From: Candidatus Palauibacter sp.
GTDB lineage: Bacteria > Gemmatimonadota > Gemmatimonadetes > Palauibacterales > Palauibacteraceae
Assembly (NCBI RefSeq): GCF_965197445.1
Contig: NZ_CBDANE010000005.1
Coordinates: 1,458,992 to 1,522,991, forward strand
Direction: 5' to 3'
DNA: 64,000 nucleotides
The position numbers were made by a program, and so were the translations under genes. The notes under the pieces were generated by a model that saw only the letters and a program-made list of their open reading frames with translations, was not told where the DNA came from and did not search any database. This document shows, piece after piece, positions 30,130 through 38,402 of this stretch (position 1 is its first letter; each line of letters starts with the position of its first letter).

Positions 30130-30567
30130 TCAGGCGAACAGGGCGCGCAGGAGTTCCAGGCAGGCGACCCAGCCCAGCCGGTGCCCCTCGGTGGCTTCCG
30201 CGGCCGGGAATCCCTCGTGGGTGACGACGACCCGCGTCCCTCCGCCCTCGGCCAGAAACTCGACGGTCACCACGGTCTCGCCGACAGAGTGCTCCCCCTC
30301 CCAGTCCCACGTGTAGACGAGCCGGTTCGGGGGTTCGACCTGGCGGTACACGCCGAAGGCTGTGTGGTCCACCCCCTCCGCGTCCCGCATCCGAATCTTC
30401 CACGCGCCACCTGCGGAGAGGTCGACCTGCGACTCGGCCACCGACGCTCCGGGAGGAGCGGACCAACGGGAGATCAGCTCCGGCTCTGTCCAGGCGCGGA
30501 ACACCGCGGCGGGCGGGGCGGGAATCAGTTTCGAAACGCGGAGTCGTGTACCGGAAGCGGCGGTCAT
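30130..30567 (-). CDS. SRPBCC (AHA1/START-like) domain protein
   Basis: VFRAWTEPELISRW, DLSAGG, PPNRLVYTW, HRLGW..LE.L. Confidence 0.92.
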   Translation of the reverse strand: MTAASGTRLRVSKLIPAPPAAVFRAWTEPELISRWSAPPGASVAESQVDLSAGGAWKIRMRDAEGVDHTAFGVYRQVEPPNRLVYTWDWEGEHSVGETVVTVEFLAEGGGTRVVVTHEGFPAAEATEGHRLGWVACLELLRALFA

Positions 30568-30620
30568 GCGGATTCTCCTCCTCTCGAAGTATCGGGCGAG
30601 GGCGTCGAGTTTGTCCGATC
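30568..30620 (-). pseudogene. Possible C-terminal remnant of an ArsR-family regulator
   Basis: DKLDALARYFE immediately upstream of the SRPBCC start; the frame is closed by TGA at about 30634. Confidence 0.4.
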
Positions 30621-30728
30621 CCAGGCCGGCTCGTCAAGGAACCGGTTCTGGCGCGAATGGGAGGGAAGAAGTCTGTTGTCGATCCGTAGATTGGTTGACG
30701 GCTCGTGGGGTAAGGACCGCCTGCGCAC

Positions 30729-31310
30729 GTGAATCCGGTGAAGCTCATCGTACCAGCTCTCGCCGCGGCCCTTCTGGTTCCCGCGGTTGCGGTGGCCCAG
30801 GGGCCTCGGTCACCCATGGAGAGGTTCGCCCTGTTCACCTCCTGCGGCCCCGTGAACGTGGAGGTCTTCGTAACCAACAGCGGCGGGGCGGGCGGCATCA
30901 CCCGGGAATCCGTCGAGGGGATGACGACGAGCCGGCTGAGGGAGGCCCGAATCTACGCCCCCACCGACCAGCCGGCCTGGTCCCTGCTCCGGGTCACCGT
31001 CTTCATCGGCACCCAGGGAGTGACCGCGAACACGGCCCAGACCGTGTACATCATCCGCCTCCGGTTCATGAAGCTCGTCTACGACCAGCTCAGCGATCCC
31101 CAGCTCGCCGCGAATCCCGGACGCCTCTCCTCCGACTCGCTCGGCGCCGCGCTCCAGTGGATCCACTGGGCGCCGACGTGGGAATCTCCGCGGCCCGGCA
31201 TCGGCTTCTACGGTGGACGCCGCGACGACGTCATCACGGGCACGATCGGCACGATGCTGGACGAGTTCGTCACCGAGTACCTGCGCGTCAACGGCGAGTC
31301 CTGCCCATAG
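30729..31310 (+). CDS. Hypothetical secreted protein
   Basis: Signal peptide (AVA-Q); two Cys, one near each end. Confidence 0.7.
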   Translation: MNPVKLIVPALAAALLVPAVAVAQGPRSPMERFALFTSCGPVNVEVFVTNSGGAGGITRESVEGMTTSRLREARIYAPTDQPAWSLLRVTVFIGTQGVTANTAQTVYIIRLRFMKLVYDQLSDPQLAANPGRLSSDSLGAALQWIHWAPTWESPRPGIGFYGGRRDDVITGTIGTMLDEFVTEYLRVNGESCP

Positions 31311-31322
31311 CGGGCTGCTGGT

Positions 31323-31886
31323 TCATTGGGACCCGCCGGCCTTGAGCAGGCGAGCGAGGGCAGCCTCCATCGCGCTCCGGACCTCGCCGGCCCAGGCGGT
31401 CAGGAGCACCGTCTCGAGTGCGTCGTCGCGCGCCAGGGCCTCGACCACGGTCTCGACTGCGATGCGGCAGGCCGGACGCACCGGAAACCCGAAGGCGCCG
31501 CAGCTGATGGCCGGAAACGCCACGGTTCGCAGCCCGAGCCCGATCGCGAGCCGGAGCGACTCCCGATAGCAGGAAGCGAGCAGCCCCCTCTCCCCCCGGC
31601 CTCCACCCTGCCACACCGGCCCCACCGTGTGGATCACGTAGCGGGCCGGCAGCCGGAAGCCCGGCGTGATGCGAGCCTCGCCCGTCGGACAGCGCACGCC
31701 CGGGTGCGCCTCGGGCAGCGCGCGACAGGCCTGCACAAGCTCCGGTCCGGCGGCGTCGTGGATCGCCCCGTCGACACCGCCCCCTCCCTTCAACTGTTCG
31801 TTTGCCGCGTTCACGATGGCGTCCACGGGCAGTGCCGTGAGGTCACCACCCCAGATCGTGAGACGAGACTCGATAAGCTCGATCAA
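31323..31886 (-). CDS. Macrodomain O-acetyl-ADP-ribose deacetylase (YmdB-like)
   Basis: [42 protein letters not shown]. Confidence 0.95.
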   Translation of the reverse strand: MIELIESRLTIWGGDLTALPVDAIVNAANEQLKGGGGVDGAIHDAAGPELVQACRALPEAHPGVRCPTGEARITPGFRLPARYVIHTVGPVWQGGGRGERGLLASCYRESLRLAIGLGLRTVAFPAISCGAFGFPVRPACRIAVETVVEALARDDALETVLLTAWAGEVRSAMEAALARLLKAGGSQ

Positions 31887-31985
31887 CTTGCCCCCTTTGC
31901 CGCCGACACTCCCCGGTCCTTAGGTTTCCGGTTCCGAAGCGCGCCCGGACCTGGCACCCGTGTACCCATTCCGAGAGGATCGCTG

Positions 31986-33554
31986 TTGCGCAAGCTTCGC
32001 GTAGGGATTGTGGATCTGGTCGCCAAGGGGCCGACGAAGTCGCTCTACGCGAAGGTCATGCACGCGAACCTCGCGAGCATCATGCCGCAGGTGCTCGCCG
32101 TCTGGTGTGAAGAGGCCGGTCACGACGTGAGCCTCGTCTGCTACACCGGCCTCGAGAACCTCGTCGACGAACTCCCGGAGGATATCGACCTCCTCTTCGT
32201 CGGCGCCTTCTCCCAGGGCGCCCAGCTCGCCTACGCGATCAGCGAGATGTTCCGCCAGCGCGGCGCCGTCACCTGTATCGGCGGGCCGCACGCGCGCTGC
32301 TACCCCCAGGATTCGCAGAAGTACTTCGACTACGTGTTCGGCTTCACCGACAAGGCCACGCTGAACGAAGTGCTGGACGACTGCCAGCCGCACCGCCCGC
32401 TCGGACGCCACGTGACGGCCGAGACGCAGCCGCTTTCCCTGCCGGGGGTGCGCGCCCGCTGGAAGTACATCGAGCCGACGCTCCAGAAGGCGCCGCTCAT
32501 CAAGATGGTCCCGATGATCGGCAGCCTCGGGTGCCCCTACACGTGCAGCTTCTGCATCGACTCGGTCGTCCCCTACCAGGCGCTCGATTTCGACGAGATG
32601 CGGGACGACCTGCGCTTCCTGGCGCGCAAGATGAAGAAGCCCACGGTCGGCTGGCACGACCCCAACTTCGGCGTGCGGTTCGACGATCATCTGGGCGCGA
32701 TCGAGGAAGCCGTCCCGCCGGGCACGATCCAGTTCATTGCGGAAAGCAGTCTCTCACTCCTCGGCGAGCCGCGCCTCAAGCGTCTGGCGAAGAACGGCTT
32801 CCGCGCCATCCTCCCGGGGGTCGAGTCCTGGTACATGCTCGGGAACAAGTCGAAGTCGCGGAACCGTCACGGAATGGAGAAGGTCCGGCAGGTGTCGGAT
32901 CACTCCAACCTCATCACGAGCTATATCCCCTATCTCCAGACCAACTTCGTGATGGGTCTCGACTGTGACGAAGGTCCCGACCCCTTCGAACTCACGAAGA
33001 AGTTCATCGACGCGTCGCCCGCCGCCTTCCCCGGGTACTCCCTGCTCACGTCGTTCGGGGAGGCGGCGCCGCTCAACCTGGGATACCAGAAGGAGGGACG
33101 GCTGCTCGGCTTCCCGTTCCACTTCCTCAACAACCATCACGCGATGAACCTGAAGCCGAAGAACTACGAGTGGATCGAGTTCTACGATCATGTGATCGAT
33201 CTCACGAAATACAGCTTCTCGAAGCAGGCCATCTGGCGGCGGCTCAAGGCCAACAGCGGCGGCATCCCGCGCATCATGAACGTCGTGCGCGCGATCTCCT
33301 CCGAAGGGAAGGGGCGGATCGAGTACTACAGCACCGTGCGTGAGAAGCTCGCCACGGACACGAAGTTCCGGGCCTACTTCGAGGGCGAGTCGGACGTGCT
33401 GCCCCAGTTCTACATCGACCGGGTGAAGAACGACCTCGGGCCGCTGTGGGAGTTCCTGCCCGAGGGCGCGCTCGAACACGACGCCTACGCCTACCTCAAG
33501 GCCACCGGAGGAAAGCCGCCGCAGCAGGCTCGAGCCGGGGCCATCGCCCACTAG
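31986..33554 (+). CDS. B12-binding domain radical SAM protein
   Basis: IGGPHA, GCPYTCSFC (CxxxCxxC), DPNF, GVES, FVMGLD; TTG start after GAGG. Confidence 0.9.
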   Translation: MRKLRVGIVDLVAKGPTKSLYAKVMHANLASIMPQVLAVWCEEAGHDVSLVCYTGLENLVDELPEDIDLLFVGAFSQGAQLAYAISEMFRQRGAVTCIGGPHARCYPQDSQKYFDYVFGFTDKATLNEVLDDCQPHRPLGRHVTAETQPLSLPGVRARWKYIEPTLQKAPLIKMVPMIGSLGCPYTCSFCIDSVVPYQALDFDEMRDDLRFLARKMKKPTVGWHDPNFGVRFDDHLGAIEEAVPPGTIQFIAESSLSLLGEPRLKRLAKNGFRAILPGVESWYMLGNKSKSRNRHGMEKVRQVSDHSNLITSYIPYLQTNFVMGLDCDEGPDPFELTKKFIDASPAAFPGYSLLTSFGEAAPLNLGYQKEGRLLGFPFHFLNNHHAMNLKPKNYEWIEFYDHVIDLTKYSFSKQAIWRRLKANSGGIPRIMNVVRAISSEGKGRIEYYSTVREKLATDTKFRAYFEGESDVLPQFYIDRVKNDLGPLWEFLPEGALEHDAYAYLKATGGKPPQQARAGAIAH

Positions 33555-33560
33555 GACGGG

Positions 33561-33842
33561 ATGTCCCGGGCGTTCGTCAACGAGGACGCGTCTCACGAAC
33601 CCGAGCCGCGCTACACGCTCCCCCCGCGCGAGTCACCGCGCTTCGACGCGGCTGCGGCCCGCGCCCTCCTCGAAGGCGCCCACATCGGGAACACGCAGAG
33701 CGCCGAGGCCGCCACGGGGTACGCCTGGGGCGATCCCGTCCTGATCCCGCACGTCGAAGCTCTGATCCGCGAGGCGGAAGCACTGGGGGATGAAAGGATG
33801 GCCCGCCTCGGCCGCCGCTATCTCCGCAAGGCAGGTCGCTGA
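33561..33842 (+). CDS. Small protein with a GreA/GreB-like MSRAFV(N)ED N-terminus
   Basis: 93 aa; coding-like GC3; follows the radical SAM gene. Confidence 0.7.
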   Translation: MSRAFVNEDASHEPEPRYTLPPRESPRFDAAAARALLEGAHIGNTQSAEAATGYAWGDPVLIPHVEALIREAEALGDERMARLGRRYLRKAGR

Positions 33843-34495
33843 GAGGGGAAGCCGATGCCATCCCCGCGGGGAGCGCTCACTTCGCGGACCCGGTATCTGA
33901 GGATCGTGCGGTATTCGTCCGGGTTCCCCGGTCCGGCCATGGTCGGGCCGAGGACGTATTCCTCTTCGTGTCCTCCGACCGTCTCGTAGCCCTCGGTCTC
34001 GACGAAGGCCTTGAGCCGCTCGACCGTCGGCCGCTCCGCGTCGTAGCGACCGACGTGAAGGATCTCCGCGACCGCTCCGTATTCCCACGTCGTGATCGTG
34101 GCGGTCACACCCTCCGGAGGCGTGTGCGCCGGCAACGAGTCCACCGTCTCCGGTAGCGGTAGCGCGTAGCGGCCCACCCATTCGGCCCGGGGCATCTCGT
34201 TGAGGTCTTCCTGCCACCGGGCTCGCGCCACCGGGGGCGTAAAGCCGGTCGCCGCTCCGCTCGAGAAATAGAGCTGGAACAGGAGCCCGAACGCCGCGCC
34301 GCCGATGTCGTCGGGGTCTCCGACCGCCCGGACTTCCAGCATCCGCTCGTCCGCCCGCTCCACGATGCGCGGCTCAACAAGGTGTTCGTAAGCCGTGGGG
34401 TCCACTTCCTGCGCCTGAAGCGGGCTGTTGCCGGCTACAGCCACTAACAGCCCGGCGAGACACCCGATCGCCCTCCGCCCAGCCGAGGCGGTCAA
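33818..34495 (-). CDS. Secreted GyrI-like small-molecule-binding protein
   Basis: Signal peptide; EILHVGRYDAE.PT..RL and GHEEEY..GP..TILRY motifs. Confidence 0.82.
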   Translation of the reverse strand: MTASAGRRAIGCLAGLLVAVAGNSPLQAQEVDPTAYEHLVEPRIVERADERMLEVRAVGDPDDIGGAAFGLLFQLYFSSGAATGFTPPVARARWQEDLNEMPRAEWVGRYALPLPETVDSLPAHTPPEGVTATITTWEYGAVAEILHVGRYDAERPTVERLKAFVETEGYETVGGHEEEYVLGPTMAGPGNPDEYRTILRYRVREVSAPRGDGIGFPSQRPALRR

Positions 34496-34689
34496 GGCAG
34501 GCCCAGGACCGGAATGCCCACCGCACGGACGCCTGCTACCATGCCGCCGTCGTAGCTGGCGAACTCAACGTCGGGACCCCGATCCCGAACAAACCGGCAT
34601 GATGCGATGTGCGGCGCGTCGAGTGTACGAACGGGGACGGGAAACGGGTCGAGAGCGCGAGCGAGCGTCGGCGGTGCCAACTCCACGAA
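34492..34689 (-). pseudogene. 3' fragment of a PIN/VapC toxin, diverged copy of 37119-37318
   Basis: VELAPPTLARALDPFPVPVRTLDAPH..ASYD versus VELAPPVLTRALDAFPVPVRTLDGLH..ASYD. Confidence 0.85.
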
Positions 34690-34752
34690 TGAGGTAGCTA
34701 ACCTCGTCAACGATGGCCGGCTTCCAGACGCCGATCCCCCCCGCCGAGTTCG

Positions 34753-34965
34753 TCAGAGTACGATGTCGCGCACCGGACTCCGCACTCCCTCTTCCTCGAA
34801 GTCGAGGCGGTTCAACGGAGACCGGGAAAGAAGTTCGTGGAGGGTGCCCGGCCTGGCGCGTGCCTGAAGCTCGTCGAATTCTGCCGCGCCCACGACAACG
34901 ACGGTGTCCCGACCGCGCCGTGGAGATCGCCGGGAGTACGATCCGGGGTTGCTTGGCGTCAGCGT
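34753..34965 (-). pseudogene. Degenerate Phd/YefM antitoxin
   Basis: RRGRDTVVVVGAAEFDEL...SPVRDIVL*; an N-terminal ADAK motif lies in a different frame. Confidence 0.7.
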
Positions 34966-34984
34966 AGTGTCTCCAATTCCAATG

Positions 34985-34999
34985 TGACCAATCTGGTCA
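34985..34999. promoter_or_regulatory. Palindromic TA operator candidate
   Basis: TGACCA-ATC-TGGTCA just upstream of the Phd remnant. Confidence 0.6.
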
Positions 35000-35074
35000 A
35001 ATGATGAGTGTCGGAGCCGACAGCCGCCACGCCCAGTCTGGAGGCGGGGTGTCGTGCGGTGACCGTCGGCGTGT

Positions 35075-35381
35075 TCATCGCTCCACTCGTGAGTTGGCCT
35101 CGAGGCAGATCGTCCACCAGACGGCACCCAGCGCGGCAGCGCTGGCGAGGAGGTGCAGCGTGAGGCCGATCTCCTCCGCCGAGTCCAGGGCGCCGGCGCG
35201 CTCCAGCCGTTGGCGCCAGTCGTGCCGGTGGTCTCCGATGACGCTCTCCGCCGACCACAGTACGCCGACCGCCGCGGGGACGGCCTCCCCCCGCCGCCAT
35301 AGCCGGAACGTGATGAAGAACGGCACGGCAAGCTGTAGAAACGGGCCGCCCAGCACGCCGAGCGTCTCTCCGAAGAGGGAG
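35075..35381 (-). pseudogene. Fragment of the HExxH membrane protein, diverged copy of 37855-38182 with a 51-bp deletion
   Basis: QLAVPFFITFRLWRRGEAVPAAVG is shared; AESV|IGDH versus AESLMYTAEYMADANRLALPLIGDH. Confidence 0.9.
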
Positions 35382-35510
35382 GCCCGGCCAAATCGGTCAC
35401 CGCGCCGTCCACGCGCTGCGAGAGCGATACGGTGTAGCTGCCCGGCAGCGCCATGGACCCGTTGCCACCGCCGCCCCCGAATCCGCCGAAGCCGCCCCCG
35501 CCACCACCGC
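35381..35510 (-). pseudogene. Internal fragment of the BNR/VPS10 protein, diverged copy of 38936-39064
   Basis: GGFGGFGGGGGNGSMALPGSYTVSLSQRVDGAVTDLAGP versus ...NGPMALPGSYTVSLSQRVDGEVTELVGP. Confidence 0.92.
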
Positions 35511-35705
35511 TATCTCCGCTCCGCCAAGCGGCACTGAAGCGCGGCGCCTCTCCCCACAGCCGCCGATGGCGGTGCCCTGCGGACCGGTCGGTGGCGAAGT
35601 GCGGCAAAGGGAGCCAGGATAACGATCGTGGATCGTCGGGACGGATGGGGGCGGGGGTGTTCTGCCCGGATTGCCGAGGTCCGCGACCGTGCGTGGAGGC
35701 GAAGA

Positions 35706-37115
35706 TTGGATCGGATACCCAGGCTGGTCGCCGGCATAACCGGAACCGCGGCCGCGCTTTTCTATCGCGTCGACCGGCACGGGCCTCCACTCCCCGAAGG
35801 TCCGTTGATCGTGGCGGCCAACCATCCCAACAGCCTGGTCGACGCGCTGCTGATCTTCCGCTGCAGCGAGCGGATCACGCGGCCGCTGGGTCGCGCACCA
35901 CTCTTCGACAGGTCTCTTCTGGGTCCGGTGCTGCGTGCGCTGGGCGGCATACCGGTCTACCGGAGGGAGGACGATCCCGAGGCGACGCACCGCAACGATG
36001 AGATGTTTCGGTCTGCGGTCGACGCGCTCCACGGGGGTGGCGCGATCCAGATCTATCCCGAGGGCAGGAGCCACTCCGAGGCGCACCTGGTGGAGTTCCG
36101 CACGGGCACCGCTCGGATCGCGCTGCAGGCGGAGGAGGGTGCCGACTGGGGGCTCGGGCTGTCCATCGTTCCGGTGGGGATCACCTATGCCGCCAAGGAG
36201 TTGGCCAGAACCGAGGTCGCCGTGCGCTTCGGCAAGGCGTTTGGGTGCGCGGACCTGAAGAATGGGTACCGGGAGGATCCCGTCGCCACAGTGCGCAGGC
36301 TTAACGAGCGGATCGAGAGGGGGATCCGCCGCCAGACGCTGAACTTCGACCGTCACTGCGACCGGATCCTCGTGGAGGTGGCGGAGCAACTCTACGTGCG
36401 CGAGTCGCGGTGGGTTCCGTGGCGGGTCCGGGAACGGCTGGGCACGCGGTTCCCTCGCCTTCAGCGTTTTGGCAGGGGGCTGGAATGGATCCGCGCGGCG
36501 CACCCGGAGGAACACCGCCGCCTGATTGAGAAGGTGGAGCGGTACGCCGCGCTCAACGACGAGCTCAACGCCGGGGAAGGGGGCGTGCCTCCCCGCTACA
36601 GCTTCCTCCCGGTCGCAAGATACGTCCTCCTGCGCGGGACGCTCCTGGCGCTTGGGCTTCCCTTCGCGATGGCCGGATCCCTGCTCTGGGTTCCCGTTGC
36701 CCGGCTTCCCGGCTTCGTCGTCAGGCGCGTGAAGCCCCAGTTCGAGGTCACGGCGACGATCAAGCTGGCGACGCTCCTGGGCGGAACGTTTGCGGCCTGG
36801 ATCCTGTGGCCGGTGCTGGGCTACCTGGCGGGGGGTATGTCGGTGGCCGCGGTGGCGGCCGTCCTGGCTCCGGTGTGCGGCTTCGTGACCATGCTGTGGG
36901 TGGAACTCGCCCGCGAGGTCCGCGAGGACACCGCCCTCTTTCTGCGGCTGCTGGGCCGCCCCGATCTCCGCGAGCAGTTCGCCGAGCTGCGCTCGGAACT
37001 CACCGAGACGTTTCGGCAGCTGGAGAAGCGGTGGATGGAGGAACGGCAGGAGAACGTGCCGAGGGAGGGTGAGCGGCCGGTGCCGGGCGAAGCGGTTGGC
37101 AGGGAAGAAGCGTAA
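35706..37115 (+). CDS. Lysophospholipid/glycerol acyltransferase (PlsC-like) with C-terminal TM helices
   Basis: NHPNSLVD (HxxxxD), IPVYR, YPEG, IVPVG; TTG start after GGAGG. Confidence 0.9.
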   Translation: MDRIPRLVAGITGTAAALFYRVDRHGPPLPEGPLIVAANHPNSLVDALLIFRCSERITRPLGRAPLFDRSLLGPVLRALGGIPVYRREDDPEATHRNDEMFRSAVDALHGGGAIQIYPEGRSHSEAHLVEFRTGTARIALQAEEGADWGLGLSIVPVGITYAAKELARTEVAVRFGKAFGCADLKNGYREDPVATVRRLNERIERGIRRQTLNFDRHCDRILVEVAEQLYVRESRWVPWRVRERLGTRFPRLQRFGRGLEWIRAAHPEEHRRLIEKVERYAALNDELNAGEGGVPPRYSFLPVARYVLLRGTLLALGLPFAMAGSLLWVPVARLPGFVVRRVKPQFEVTATIKLATLLGGTFAAWILWPVLGYLAGGMSVAAVAAVLAPVCGFVTMLWVELAREVREDTALFLRLLGRPDLREQFAELRSELTETFRQLEKRWMEERQENVPREGERPVPGEAVGREEA

Positions 37116-37118
37116 GGT

Positions 37119-37508
37119 TCACGGGAGTTCCCCGACCGGGATACCCATGGCCCGGGCGGCACTGACCATGCGGTGGTCGTAGCTGGCAAGTTCGACGGCT
37201 TGGCCACGCCCCCGCAGAAACTCCAGCGATGCCAGGTGAAGCCCGTCCAGTGTCCGAACCGGGACCGGGAACGCGTCGAGCGCACGAGTCAGCACGGGCG
37301 GCGCCAACTCCACCAGCGAGATTTGAGCGATTACCGCGTGTGCGGCCTCCGACCGCGATGCCGCCAACTCCCTCGCGTGCAGAGTTGTCCAGATCTCATA
37401 TTCCAAGAGGCGGCTGGAGACGAGGTCCTCGGCCCAGAAAGCGGTGGGCGGACGGCGATCTTCGGCGAGCAAGTGGGCCAGGACGACCGAGGTGTCGACG
37501 TAGATCAC
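37119..37508 (-). CDS. PIN-domain (VapC) toxin
   Basis: IYVDTS, SSRLLEYE, RTLDGLHLAS, SYD. Confidence 0.92.
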   Translation of the reverse strand: MIYVDTSVVLAHLLAEDRRPPTAFWAEDLVSSRLLEYEIWTTLHARELAASRSEAAHAVIAQISLVELAPPVLTRALDAFPVPVRTLDGLHLASLEFLRGRGQAVELASYDHRMVSAARAMGIPVGELP

Positions 37509-37798
37509 CGATCGCTGCGGTGGCCTTCCAGTTCATCGAGCAACTCGGATAGCGTCGCCACCGGCGGCCCGCCGCGGGGAGGCTCGGAACCCGAAGAGAG
37601 AGCAGGCGTCAGCCAGCCCTTCCGCACCGCATCGGCGAGCATGGCGTCGGCGAGGACCGGGCTCCGTGATGCACGCGGGGGACCGATCTCTGCGACCACC
37701 CGGTCGCGGTCCGTGACGAGTACGGTCTCGCCCGCCGCGGCGAGACGTACGTACTCGCTCAGCTTGCTATTCAGCATCTTGATGCCTACGGATCTCAT
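37505..37798 (-). CDS. Phd/YefM family antitoxin
   Basis: VGIKMLNSKLSEYVRLAAAGETVLVTDRDRVVAEI; GTGA overlap with the toxin. Confidence 0.92.
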   Translation of the reverse strand: MRSVGIKMLNSKLSEYVRLAAAGETVLVTDRDRVVAEIGPPRASRSPVLADAMLADAVRKGWLTPALSSGSEPPRGGPPVATLSELLDELEGHRSDR

Positions 37799-37806
37799 GC
37801 TTTAAA

Positions 37807-37826
37807 GGTAGCTACCAGTAGCCACT
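37807..37826. promoter_or_regulatory. TA operator palindrome
   Basis: GGTAGCTACC perfect palindrome plus a GTAGCCAC half-copy upstream of the antitoxin. Confidence 0.65.
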
Positions 37827-37830
37827 TATG

Positions 37831-38337
37831 TCAATCGATGGCCTCGGATTCGTGGCGGATCGTCCACCAGACGGTACCCATCGCGGCGGCGCTGGCGACG
37901 AGATGCAGGACGAGGCCGATCTCCTCAGCCGAGCCGAGGGCGTCGGCGCGATCGAGAAGGTTGCGCCAGTCGTGCGGGTGGTCTCCGATCAGGGGCAGGG
38001 CGAGGCGGTTCGCGTCGGCCATGTACTCCGCCGTGTACATGAGGCTCTCCGCCGACCACAGTGCGCCGACCGCCGCCGGGACTGCCTCCCCTCGCCGCCA
38101 CAGCCGGAACGTGATGAAGAATGGCACCGCGAGCTGAAGTAACGGGCCAGCCAGCACGCCGAGCGTTTCTCCGAAGAGGGAGAAGACGAGGTGCCCCCCC
38201 TCGTGGATGAGGAGGTTGATCCCGTCCACCCAGTGGTAGCGGTAGAAGAAGACGAGCCACGCCGCGTACACGCACATGACGACGAGCCCCACCCGCCGGG
38301 GCCCAATCGTTTTCCACAGGTACGAGAGGATTTTCAC
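37831..38337 (-). CDS. Small membrane protein with HExxH (peptidase M50B-like)
   Basis: NLLIHEGGH, AGPL, YMADA and HDW motifs; 4 TM helices. Confidence 0.8.
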   Translation of the reverse strand: MKILSYLWKTIGPRRVGLVVMCVYAAWLVFFYRYHWVDGINLLIHEGGHLVFSLFGETLGVLAGPLLQLAVPFFITFRLWRRGEAVPAAVGALWSAESLMYTAEYMADANRLALPLIGDHPHDWRNLLDRADALGSAEEIGLVLHLVASAAAMGTVWWTIRHESEAID

Positions 38338-38402
38338 GATGGGGAGCCCCCGGCTCGGCTACGGGCGGCTCGGGTGCCGCCCCCGCGCGGGAGAGCCGAC
38401 AC

